Origin: Escherichia coli
Lineage (GTDB): Bacteria; Pseudomonadota; Gammaproteobacteria; Enterobacterales; Enterobacteriaceae
Direction: 5' to 3' (one strand)
Assembly (NCBI RefSeq): GCF_044324875.1
Contig: NZ_CP172189.1
Length of the DNA stretch: 14,825 bases
The notes beneath the pieces were generated by a model. That model had not been told where the DNA came from, ran no database searches, and saw only the letters and a program-made list of their open reading frames with translations. Made by a program: the position numbers and the translations under genes. Below are positions 5,934 through 12,742 of the stretch, one piece after another (positions within the stretch are counted from its first letter, which is position 1; every line of letters begins with the position of its first letter).

Positions 5934-7487
5934 TTACCATCCCAGCGACGGGCCATCCAGTGTCCGTTCCTGTATTTCCAGATGGCGCTCACGCTCTAGG
6001 AATAGCTCATGTTCACGTTCCTGTATCAGTAGTTCGTCCCTTATCTCCTGCTCTCGCTGTATAACTGGCTCAAGTGTTCTGTCTGCTCGCTCAAGTGCTG
6101 CACCTGCTGACTCAACTGCATGACCCGCTCGTTCAGCATCGCGTTGTCCCGTTGCGTAAGCGAAAACATCTTCTGCAATTCCACGAAGGCGCTCTCCCAT
6201 TCGTTCAGCCGCTGCATATAGTCCTGTTGCAGCTGCTCTAAGGCGTTCAGCAAATGTGTTTCCAGCTCTGTCACTCTGTGTCACTCCTTCAGATGTACCC
6301 ACTCTTTCCCCTGAAAGGGAATCACCTCTGCTGATTTCCCGTACGGAAGGACCAGAAATTTCCTGTTCCCGTCCTGCACGAACTCCACGCCCCATGTCTT
6401 CGCGTTCAGTTTCTGCAATGTCTCTTCCTGCTTCCTGATATCTTCCAGGTTCGCCTGTATCCTCCCGCCAAGATACCAGAGCGTCCCGCCACTCGCGGTA
6501 AACAGGAGAAAGACTATCCCCAGTAACATCATGCCCGTATTCCCTGCCAGCTTTAACACGTCCTTCCTGTGCTGCCTCATCGCCTCTTTCACCCCTTCCC
6601 GGTGTTTCTCCAGCGATTCCTCTGTCGAGGCTGTGAACAGGGCTATAGCGTCTCTGATTTTCGTCTCGTTTGATGTCACAGCCTCGCTTACAGATTCGCC
6701 GAGCCTCCTGAACTCGTTGTTCAGCACTTTCTCTGTAGATTCGGCTCTCTCTTTCAGCTTTTTCTCGAACTCCGCGCCCGTCTGTAAAAGATTGCTCATA
6801 AAACGCTCCTTTCAGCCTGATATTCTTCCCGCCGTTCGGGTCTGCAATGCTGATGCTGCTTCGCGTCACCCTGACCACTTCAAGCCCCGCCTCTGTGAGC
6901 GCCTGAATCACATCCTGACGGCCTTTTATCTCCCCTACATGATAAAGAGCGTCTATCCCGCGTGTGACGCTCTCAGCAAGCGCCTGTTTCGTTTCCGGCA
7001 GGTTATCAGAGAGAGTCAGTATCCGGCGGTTCTCCGGGGCGTTGGGGTCATGCAGCCCGTAATGGTGATTCACCAGCGTCTGCCAGGCATCAATTCTCGG
7101 CCTGTCTGCCCGGTCGTAGTACGGCTGGAGACGTTTTCCGGTCTGTAGCTCCATGTTCGGAATGACAAAATTCAGCTCAAGCCGTCCCTTGTCCTGGTGC
7201 TCCACCCACAGGATGCTGTACTGATTCTTTTCGAGACCTGGCATCAGTACGCGCTCAAAGCTCGCCATCACTTTTTCACGTCCTCCCGGCGGCAGCTCCT
7301 TCTCCGCGAACGACAGAACGCCTGACGTGTATTTCTTCGCAAATGGCGTGGCATCGATGAGTTCCCGGACTTCTTCCGGATTACCCTGAAGCACCGTTGC
7401 GCCTTCGCGGTTACGCTCCCTCCCCAGCAGGTAATCAACCGGACCACTGCCACCACCTTTTCCCCTGGCATGAAATTTAACTATCAT
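5934..7487 (-). CDS. mbeA: ColE1-type mobilisation relaxase MbeA (MOB-HEN family), 517 aa
   Basis: MIVKFHARGKGGGSGPVDYLLGRERNREGATVLQGNPEEVRELIDA... is the MbeA N-terminal relaxase domain; the C-terminal half is Arg/Glu-rich. The ORF-track start (7535) is a 16-codon upstream extension; the true ATG is at 7487 and overlaps the mbeC stop. Confidence 0.9.
   Translation of the reverse strand: MIVKFHARGKGGGSGPVDYLLGRERNREGATVLQGNPEEVRELIDATPFAKKYTSGVLSFAEKELPPGGREKVMASFERVLMPGLEKNQYSILWVEHQDKGRLELNFVIPNMELQTGKRLQPYYDRADRPRIDAWQTLVNHHYGLHDPNAPENRRILTLSDNLPETKQALAESVTRGIDALYHVGEIKGRQDVIQALTEAGLEVVRVTRSSISIADPNGGKNIRLKGAFYEQSFTDGRGVREKAERESRIYRESAEQRVQEARRICKRGCDIKRDENQRRYSPVHSLDRGIAGETPGRGERGDEAAQEGRVKAGREYGHDVTGDSLSPVYREWRDALVSWREDTGEPGRYQEAGRDIAETEREDMGRGVRAGREQEISGPSVREISRGDSLSGERVGTSEGVTQSDRAGNTFAERLRAAATGLYAAAERMGERLRGIAEDVFAYATGQRDAERAGHAVESAGAALERADRTLEPVIQREQEIRDELLIQEREHELFLERERHLEIQERTLDGPSLGW
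6041..6274 (-). CDS. mbeD: MbeD, 77-aa mobilisation protein nested inside mbeA in another frame; GTG start
   Basis: MTELETHLLNALEQLQQDYMQRLNEWESAF...; GAAGGAG ribosome-binding site 9 nt upstream of GTG at 6274; same arrangement as the ColE1 mob region. Confidence 0.7.
   Translation of the reverse strand: MTELETHLLNALEQLQQDYMQRLNEWESAFVELQKMFSLTQRDNAMLNERVMQLSQQVQHLSEQTEHLSQLYSESRR
6281..6799 (-). CDS. mbeB: MbeB, 172-aa mobilisation protein with one predicted TM segment, nested inside mbeA in another frame
   Basis: MSNLLQTGAEFEKKLKERAESTEK...MMLLGIVFLLFTASGGTLWYLGG...; AAGGAG ribosome-binding site 8 nt upstream of ATG at 6799. Confidence 0.75.
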   Translation of the reverse strand: MSNLLQTGAEFEKKLKERAESTEKVLNNEFRRLGESVSEAVTSNETKIRDAIALFTASTEESLEKHREGVKEAMRQHRKDVLKLAGNTGMMLLGIVFLLFTASGGTLWYLGGRIQANLEDIRKQEETLQKLNAKTWGVEFVQDGNRKFLVLPYGKSAEVIPFQGKEWVHLKE

Positions 7488-7824
7488 CCCGCGCCCCCTG
7501 TTCCCTGACGGCCAGACGCAGCCGGCGCAGCTCATCCCCGATGGCCATCAGTGCGGCCACCACCTGAACCCGATCACCGGAAGACCACTGCCCGCTGTTC
7601 ACCTTCCTCGCGGTCTGATTCAGGTTATTCCCGATGGCGGCCAGCTGACGCAGTAACGGCGGTGCCAGTGTCGGCAGCTTCCCGGAACGGGCAACCGGCT
7701 CCCCCAGGCAGACCCGCCGCATCCATACCGCCAGTTGTTTACCCTCACAGCGTTCCAGTAACCGGGCATGTTCATCATCAGTAACCCGTATCGTGAGCAT
7801 CCTCTCGCGTTTCATCGGTATCAT
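7477..7824 (-). CDS. mbeC: MbeC/MobC-type relaxosome accessory protein (ribbon-helix-helix)
   Basis: ...MLTIRVTDDEHARLLERCEGKQLAVWMRRVCLGEPVARSGKLPT...; stop overlaps the mbeA start. Start codon uncertain (ATG at 7833, 7824, 7815 or 7800); copy C lacks the 7833 start in frame. Confidence 0.85.
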   Translation of the reverse strand: MIPMKRERMLTIRVTDDEHARLLERCEGKQLAVWMRRVCLGEPVARSGKLPTLAPPLLRQLAAIGNNLNQTARKVNSGQWSSGDRVQVVAALMAIGDELRRLRLAVREQGARDDS

Positions 7825-7864
7825 TACCCCCATGAACAGAAATCCCCCTTACACGGAGGCATCA

Positions 7865-8056
7865 GTGACTAAACAGGAAAAAACCGCCCTTAACATGGCC
7901 CGCTTCATCAGAGGCCAGACATTAACGCTGCTGGAGAAACTCAACGAACTGGACGTGGATGAACAGGCAGATATCTGTGAATCGCTTCACGACCACGCCG
8001 ATGAGCTTTACCGCAGCTGCCTCGCACGTTTCGGGGATGACGGTGAAAACCTCTGA
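7865..8056 (+). CDS. rop: Rop/Rom, 63-aa RNA I-RNA II pairing modulator (four-helix bundle); GTG start
   Basis: V/MTKQEKTALNMARFIRGQTLTLLEKLNELDVDEQADICESLHDHADELYRSCLARFGDDGENL; GGAGG ribosome-binding site at 7855-7859. The ORF-track entry 7793-8056 is an upstream in-frame extension. Confidence 0.9.
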   Translation: MTKQEKTALNMARFIRGQTLTLLEKLNELDVDEQADICESLHDHADELYRSCLARFGDDGENL

Positions 8057-8164
8057 CACATGCAGCTCCCGGAGACGGACACAGCTTGTCTGTGAGCGGA
8101 TGCCGGGAGCAGACAAGCCCGTCAGGGCGCGTCAGCAGGTGTTAGCGGGTGTCGGGGCGCAGCC

Positions 8165-8260
8165 CTGACCCAGTCACGTAGCGATAGCGGAGTGTATACT
8201 AGCTTAACTATGCGGCATCAGTGCGGATTGTATGAAAAGTGCACCATAGCCGATGTGAAA
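8165..8260. other. oriT/bom (basis of mobility) region of module B with the nic-site motif
   Basis: cagtcacgtagcgatagcggagtgtatactAgcttaactatgcggc matches the pBR322/ColE1 bom nic region, between rop and the origin. Confidence 0.7.
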
Positions 8261-8439
8261 TGCCGCACAGATGCGTAAGGAGAAAATGCAACTTCCGACA
8301 CTCTTCCGCTTCCTCGCTCACTGACTCGCTACGCTCGGTCGTTCGGCTGCGGCGAGCGGTACCGGCGCACTCAAAGGCGGTAATACGGTTATCCACAGAA
8401 TCAGGGGAGAAGGCCGGAAAGAACATGTGAGCAAAAAGG

Positions 8440-9030
8440 CAAAGGCCAACGAAAGGCCGCGCCGCTGGCGTTTTTCCATAGGCTCCGCCCCCCTGACGAG
8501 CATCACAAAAATCGACGCTCAAGTCAGAGGTGGCGAAACCCGACAGGACTATAAAGATACCAGGCGTTTCCCCCTGGAAGCTCCCTCGTGCGCTCTCCTG
8601 TTCCGACCCTGCCGCTTACCGGATACCTGTCCGCCTTTCTCCCTTCGGGAAGCGTGGCGCTTTCTCATAGCTCACGCTGTTGGTATCTCGGCTTGGTGTA
8701 GGTCGTTCGCTCCAAGCTGGGCTGTGTGCACGAACCCCCCGTTCAGCCCGACCGCTGCGCCTTATCCGGTAACTATCGTCTTGAGTCCAACCCGGTAAGG
8801 CACGCCTTAACGCCACTGGCAGCAGCCACTGGTAACCGGATTAGCAGAGCGATGATGGCACAAACGGTGCTACAGAGTTCTTGAAGTAGTGGCCCGACTA
8901 CGGCTACACTGAAAGGACAGTATTTGGTATCTGCGCTCTGCTGAAGCCAGTTACCTTGGTTAAGCAGTTCCCCAACTGACCTAACCTTCGATCAAACCGC
9001 CTCCCCAGGCGGTTTTTTCGTTTACAGGCA
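8440..9030 (-). other. ColE1-type origin of replication, copy B (RNA II primer region, transcribed on the minus strand)
   Basis: Near-identity to the pMB1/pBR322 ori body (ggcgtttttccataggctccgcccccctgacgagcatcacaaaaatcgacgctcaagtcagaggtggcgaaacccgacaggactataaagataccaggcg...). Confidence 0.9.
8917..9024 (+). ncRNA. RNA I of origin copy B, with stem-loops 2 and 3 different from copy A
   Basis: Starts acagtatttggtatctgcgctctgctgaagccagttacctt as in copy A, then diverges (ggttaagcagttccccaactgacctaaccttcgatcaaaccgcctccccaggcggttttttcgttt). RNA II promoter follows at 9026-9075 on the minus strand. Confidence 0.75.
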
Positions 9031-9080
9031 GCAGATTACGCGCAGAAAAAAAGGATCTCAAGAAGATCCTTTTAACTTTT

Positions 9081-9221
9081 CTACTGAACCGCGATCCCCG
9101 TCAGTTTAGAAGAGGAGGATGGTGCGACAGTCCCTCCCTGAACATCGCGGATGTAATTAGCTTGGCAGCCTGATAGCAAAGCCATCAAGACAAGCATCCC
9201 TCCTGATAATATCATTTTCAT
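9081..9221 (-). CDS. Colicin lysis (release) lipoprotein, 46 aa, of the second colicin locus
   Basis: Hand-translated [46 protein letters not shown]; lipobox LLSGC; GAGG ribosome-binding site upstream. Mature part almost identical to Kil of module A. Confidence 0.8.
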   Translation of the reverse strand: MKMILSGGMLVLMALLSGCQANYIRDVQGGTVAPSSSSKLTGIAVQ

Positions 9222-9340
9222 ATATTCCCTCATTAACACATACCCCTAATCTTAGGATGACCATTACTTGTACAGCATGATATGCTTATACACATCTACA
9301 ACTAAATTAATAATAATGAAAAGCTTGGAGAGTTATACCA

Positions 9341-9865
9341 ATGAGAAAAGAGCACACTGACAATAAAGATTTAAACAGGACGCTTTTTTTGATTACTTTT
9401 GCAGGCATAACACCATTAATCATTATTTTTATAACTTATACATCAAACCCCAAGTTCTATTTAATTAGCATCATTTTTGATAACACACAAAATATACCTT
9501 CAATAATTTCCGCATACAATCCTGTGATGACAAAGGTGATGGATATCTACGGGAAAAGCGCTCCCTTACTGGCACTTATTGCTTTTACTCTCCAACTCCG
9601 CGACAGAAAGCTAGAGACAATAGCCAACAGAGAAAAACTAATTACTGCCAGCATATTTAGTCCATTTTTTTATGCTTTTTATGCATATTTCTTTCTGTGG
9701 AATAATTTCGAATTAACCACTGCAGGTAGGACTGTCAGATGGATGTCCGATAATGATTTTACTTTGTTTATTTTTTACGCCTGCCTCTATTTTTGCTCTT
9801 TCTTTATGACTTATGCTCTGTGTTATATTCCGGTTGTGTCATATAAACTCTGGAAAGAAAGGTAG
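9341..9865 (+). CDS. Immunity protein for an A-type pore-forming colicin (colicin A/B/N/U/Y class), 174 aa, four predicted TM helices
   Basis: 174-aa aromatic-rich protein with four hydrophobic segments, convergent with a colicin pore-domain remnant and next to a lysis gene; GGAGA ribosome-binding site at 9325-9329. Which colicin it serves cannot be decided from memory. Confidence 0.75.
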   Translation: MRKEHTDNKDLNRTLFLITFAGITPLIIIFITYTSNPKFYLISIIFDNTQNIPSIISAYNPVMTKVMDIYGKSAPLLALIAFTLQLRDRKLETIANREKLITASIFSPFFYAFYAYFFLWNNFELTTAGRTVRWMSDNDFTLFIFYACLYFCSFFMTYALCYIPVVSYKLWKER

Positions 9866-9882
9866 TCTTCTTGACTACCTTT
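9860..9882. terminator. Bidirectional terminator-like hairpin between the convergent immunity and colicin genes
   Basis: AGGTAGTC-ttctt-GACTACCT followed by TTT on the plus strand and by TTT/CTTT on the minus strand. Confidence 0.5.
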
Positions 9883-9892
9883 CGACTCTAGG

Positions 9893-10103
9893 TTAATACG
9901 CAGGGCGAATAATTTCGTTATTTAACCTGTCTATAAATTTGTCATCAATCAATGCTCCAATAAAACTGGCTATAATAATACCGATAATCCCTACGACTGC
10001 AGCTGATGCCCCCACAGCAAGCAGGTAAGCTCCAAGGGTGGCAGAAAAAATAGCAAGAGCCACAGCAGAAGCAATACCACTGACAACCCAGGACTCGACC
10101 TCC
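9893..10103 (-). pseudogene. 3' remnant (~69 codons) of a pore-forming colicin gene: hydrophobic hairpin and C-terminus of the channel domain; the 5' part is replaced by an IS21-family element
   Basis: ...EVESWVVSGIASAVALAIFSATLGAYLLAVGASAAVVGIIGIIIASFIGALIDDKFIDRLNNEIIRPAY resembles the C-terminal hairpin and end of colicin channel domains (compare the colicin E1 C-terminus in this window). Upstream codons of the track ORF (MMPNCDRRWMPNHDRF...) come from IS terminal repeats. Confidence 0.6.
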
Positions 10104-10123
10104 TGCAAAATGGCATCTGAATC

Positions 10124-10232
10124 GATCGCAGTTTGGCATTCGAATCGATCATGATTTGGCATCCATCTCCGATCACAGTTTGGCATCACAATCGATCACG
10201 ATTTGGCATGCTTCCGATCATTGATTGGCATC
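10124..10232 (+). repeat. Five direct repeats (~23-bp period) of CGATCANNRTTTGGCAT at the IS left end; likely transposase binding sites
   Basis: Copies at 10124-10140, 10147-10163, 10171-10187, 10194-10210 and 10216-10232, with related copies in inverted orientation at the right end (12680-12730). Confidence 0.7.
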
Positions 10233-10305
10233 CTGCCAGTCACTCCGGGAATTAACTCTTTTCACCACAGTCTCCATTGCCGTGTTTAAACCAGTGGAGA
10301 CGTCA

Positions 10306-11871
10306 ATGTCCAGAAAGAGAAAATCCAGGAGCACTATGGAAACCTGTTTTAAGATCCTTCAGCTCAAGTTCGACAAGAAGCTGACTAACCGTTGTATCGG
10401 ACTGACGTTACACATCAGCGCCTCAACCGTTTTTGAGGTTCTTGCCCGCTTCAAAGCCTCTTCTCTGTCATGGCCATTACCTGCTGATATATCCCATGAC
10501 ACGCTGGAGAAACTCATTTTTCCGCCCAAAGACACCTTTGCATCAGAGCTTGTAATGCCTGACATGTTGTACTTCGATACGGAAATGAGAAAACCAGGTG
10601 TGACGCGGCAACTGTTGTGGATGGAATACAAGGCACAGGCGGGTAACAAAGCGATGGGATACTCGCACTTCTGCCGTTGCTACCGGGAGTGGAAAAAAAC
10701 GCGACGTCTCTCCATGCGCCAGGAGCATCGTGCCGGCGAAAAGCTTTTTATCGACTTCTGTGGTCCTACGGTTCCTGTTATTAATCCGGACACCGGTGAG
10801 ATACGCCGCGTGGCAATCTTCGTGGCCGTAATGGGGGCGTCCAACTATACCTACGTTGAAGCGTGCGAAGGTCAGGACATGATGTCATGGTTAAATGCCC
10901 ACAGCCGTTGCCTGACCTTCCTGGGCGGCGTACCGAAGCTGCTCATCCCCGATAACCTCAGAAGCGCAGTGAAAAAGGCCGATCGATATGAGCCTGTCAT
11001 CAACGACAGTTATCAGGCACTGGCTGAGCACTATGGCACGGTTATCATCCCGGCCCGACCACGCAAACCTAAAGATAAACCAAAAGCAGAAAACGGCGTC
11101 CTCATCGTTGAACGATGGCTTCTTGCCCGCATCCGTAATGAAACCTTCCACACGCTCAGGGCGCTGAATGCGCGCCTTAGGGAGTTACTGACAGACATGA
11201 ATAACCGGCCAATGAAGGGGTACGGCAATCAAACCCGTGCAGAACGCTTCCGCATACTGGATGCGCCAGCACTCTCTCCGCTGCCTCTGGCACCTTATGA
11301 ATACACGGAATACAAAGCTGTGAAGGTTGGCCCTGACTACCACGTTGAATATGCCCGTCACTGGTACTCCGTTCCACACGAACTGGTCGGTCAGCGTCTG
11401 TCACTGAAGGCGGGGCAGTCGGTGGTACAGCTCTGGCACAAGGGGCAGTGTGTGGCGCAACATCCGCGCAGCACACATGAATATAAACACACAACCAATC
11501 CGCTTCACATGCCAGAGCGCCACCGGCAGCACGGGACATGGACACCGGAACGCCTGATCGAGCAGGGAAAACGTACGGGCCCGTCCACAGGCCGGGTGGT
11601 TGAATCCATGCTGAAGGCAAAACCCCATCCGGAACTGGCTTATCGTGCAGTTCTGGGGCTGCTGGCACTTCAGAAAAAATACGGCCCGGAACGGCTGGAA
11701 AAGGCCTGTTACGTTGCCCTGCACTATAACGCCCCTGACAGACGCTTTATCGACAATCTGCTGCGTCACCATCGGGAGAACCTGGAGCTTCCATTATCCC
11801 GCCAGGGCGAACAACATCCGGCATATGCTTCAGAGCATGAAAACCTGCGTGGTCCGGGCTACTACCACTGA
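10306..11871 (+). CDS. istA: IS21-family transposase IstA, 521 aa from ATG at 10306
   Basis: N-terminal HTH region, DDE-type catalytic core, typical IstA length; GGAGA ribosome-binding site 7 nt upstream. The track start at 10225 is a TTG inside the terminal repeats and is unlikely to be real. Confidence 0.85.
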   Translation: MSRKRKSRSTMETCFKILQLKFDKKLTNRCIGLTLHISASTVFEVLARFKASSLSWPLPADISHDTLEKLIFPPKDTFASELVMPDMLYFDTEMRKPGVTRQLLWMEYKAQAGNKAMGYSHFCRCYREWKKTRRLSMRQEHRAGEKLFIDFCGPTVPVINPDTGEIRRVAIFVAVMGASNYTYVEACEGQDMMSWLNAHSRCLTFLGGVPKLLIPDNLRSAVKKADRYEPVINDSYQALAEHYGTVIIPARPRKPKDKPKAENGVLIVERWLLARIRNETFHTLRALNARLRELLTDMNNRPMKGYGNQTRAERFRILDAPALSPLPLAPYEYTEYKAVKVGPDYHVEYARHWYSVPHELVGQRLSLKAGQSVVQLWHKGQCVAQHPRSTHEYKHTTNPLHMPERHRQHGTWTPERLIEQGKRTGPSTGRVVESMLKAKPHPELAYRAVLGLLALQKKYGPERLEKACYVALHYNAPDRRFIDNLLRHHRENLELPLSRQGEQHPAYASEHENLRGPGYYH

Positions 11872-11886
11872 CAGAAGGAACAACAG

Positions 11887-12643
11887 TATGAGTGATAACC
11901 TGTTAAACAAACTGACCCAACTGAAACTCCCGGCGATGGCCGGGAGCCTGATACGGCAGCGGGAAACGCCTCAGACCTACGACGAACTGTCGTTCGAGGA
12001 AAGGCTGACGCTGCTGGTTGATGACGAGCTTCTGAGCAGGGAAAACAGCCGTGTGGCACGGTTGAGAAAAAATGCCGGCCTGAAATACCAGGCAACACCG
12101 GAAGGGCTGCGCTATCCGGCCTCAAGAGGTCTGCGGGCTGAACAGATGAGAGAACTGCTGAACGGCCACTACATAACCCACAGGAAAAACCTGCTGATAA
12201 CCGGTCCGACAGGATGTGGCAAGAGCTGGATAGCCAATGCGCTGGGCGAACAGGCATGTCGACAGAAACACAGCGTCCGGTACTGTAGAACCGGGCGATT
12301 ACTGGAACAACTGGCTCAGGGACGTGTTGATGGCAGCTGGCTGAAATATCTGAAACAGTTGCAAAAAATACAGGTTCTAATCCTGGACGATCTGGGGCTG
12401 GAACAGTTAAGTAACGCCCAGTGTAATGACCTTCTGGAGCTCATAGAGGATCGTTACGGACAAAGCAGCACGATAGTGGTAAGCCAGTTCCCGGTAGATA
12501 AATGGCATGGTCTGATGGAGAACCCAACAACAGCAGATGCCATCCTGGACAGACTGGTACATAACTCACACCGAGTGGTCCTTCAGGGAGAGTCACTGAG
12601 GAAAAATCCCCCGGTAGTGGAAAGCAGCGAAAAAACGCGTTAA
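11887..12643 (+). CDS. istB: IS21-family ATP-binding helper IstB (AAA+), 251 aa
   Basis: MSDNLLNKLTQLKLPAMAGSL..., Walker A GPTGCGKS, Walker B ILILDDLG; GAAGGAA ribosome-binding site. The track ORF 11645-12643 is an upstream extension overlapping istA. Confidence 0.9.
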
Positions 12644-12742
12644 AAAGCGGTAGAAAAAGTTAAGTTCCCGGTTGATCGAATGGATGCGAATCGCTGATCG
12701 GACTTCGATGCCAATCCGTGATCGAATAGAGCGGAATACGCA

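Larger units (their letters stand above)
10104..12742 (+). mobile_element. IS21-family insertion sequence, ~2.64 kb, with multimeric terminal repeats and istA-istB
   Basis: Termini 5'-TG...CA-3'. The left end TGCAAAATGGCATCTGAATCGATCGCAGTTTGGCAT... aligns with the reverse complement of the right end ...TGCGTATTCCGCTCTATTCGATCACGGATTGGCAT.... Two overlapping-adjacent genes with IstA and IstB signatures. Confidence 0.85.

Noticed and set aside
5452-5992. ORFs 5452-5778 (-), 5639-5863 (+), 5714-5992 (-) as protein-coding genes (possible mbeE)
   Set aside because: The first two are mutually overlapping on opposite strands and owe their reading frames to the AACGCGTT palindromes (repeated NAF motifs on both). 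5452-5778 also spans a terminator-like hairpin. 5714-5992 overlaps the mbeA 3' end; I cannot support it without homology evidence.
6531-7148. 205-aa ORF on the plus strand (and 6256-6438 +, 7268-7471 -, 7551-7784 +)
   Set aside because: Antisense or alternative-frame ORFs inside mbeA/mbeC with no ribosome-binding site and no recognisable fold. The same artefacts recur in the truncated copy (12672-13064, 13184-13387, 13467-13700, 13113-13424).
7793-8056. 87-aa ORF called from ATG at 7793 (and 13684-13971)
   Set aside because: The real gene is the 63-codon rop starting at the internal GTG (7865 / 13780) with a GGAGG ribosome-binding site. The upstream extension overlaps the mbeC start region.
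7922-8168. ORFs 7922-8116 (-) and 7959-8168 (+), and their copies 13837-14031 and 13874-14083
   Set aside because: Antisense or out of frame relative to rop and extending into oriT; no support.
8208-8816. ORFs 8208-8522, 8239-8430, 8318-8506, 8427-8798, 8616-8816 (and 14233-14421, 14342-14713)
   Set aside because: They fall inside the ColE1-type ori/RNA II primer region, which is non-coding; the ORFs come from the GC-rich conserved origin sequence.
9893-10189. 98-aa ORF as a complete gene, and overlapping ORFs 9945-10139 and 9991-10176
   Set aside because: Only the C-terminal ~69 codons are colicin-derived. The N-terminal MMPNCDRRWMPNHDRF... is translation of the IS21-family terminal TTTGGCAT repeats; the overlapping ORFs are alternative frames of the same DNA.
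10124-10232. Possible CRISPR array or iterons, given five evenly spaced direct repeats
   Set aside because: The repeats are ~17 bp with ~6-bp spacers, mirrored in inverted orientation at the other IS end, and flank istA/istB. That is the multimeric terminal-repeat structure of IS21-family elements, not a CRISPR array or replication iterons.
10225-10305. IstA start at 10225
   Set aside because: The codon at 10225 is TTG inside the terminal repeat array; the ATG at 10306 has a proper Shine-Dalgarno sequence and is the likely start.
10359-11772. Minus-strand ORFs inside the IS (10359-10649, 10543-10728, 10891-11151, 11031-11228, 11177-11668, 11185-11379, 11401-11772, 11862-12257)
   Set aside because: Antisense to istA/istB with no independent signals; typical GC-rich shadow ORFs.
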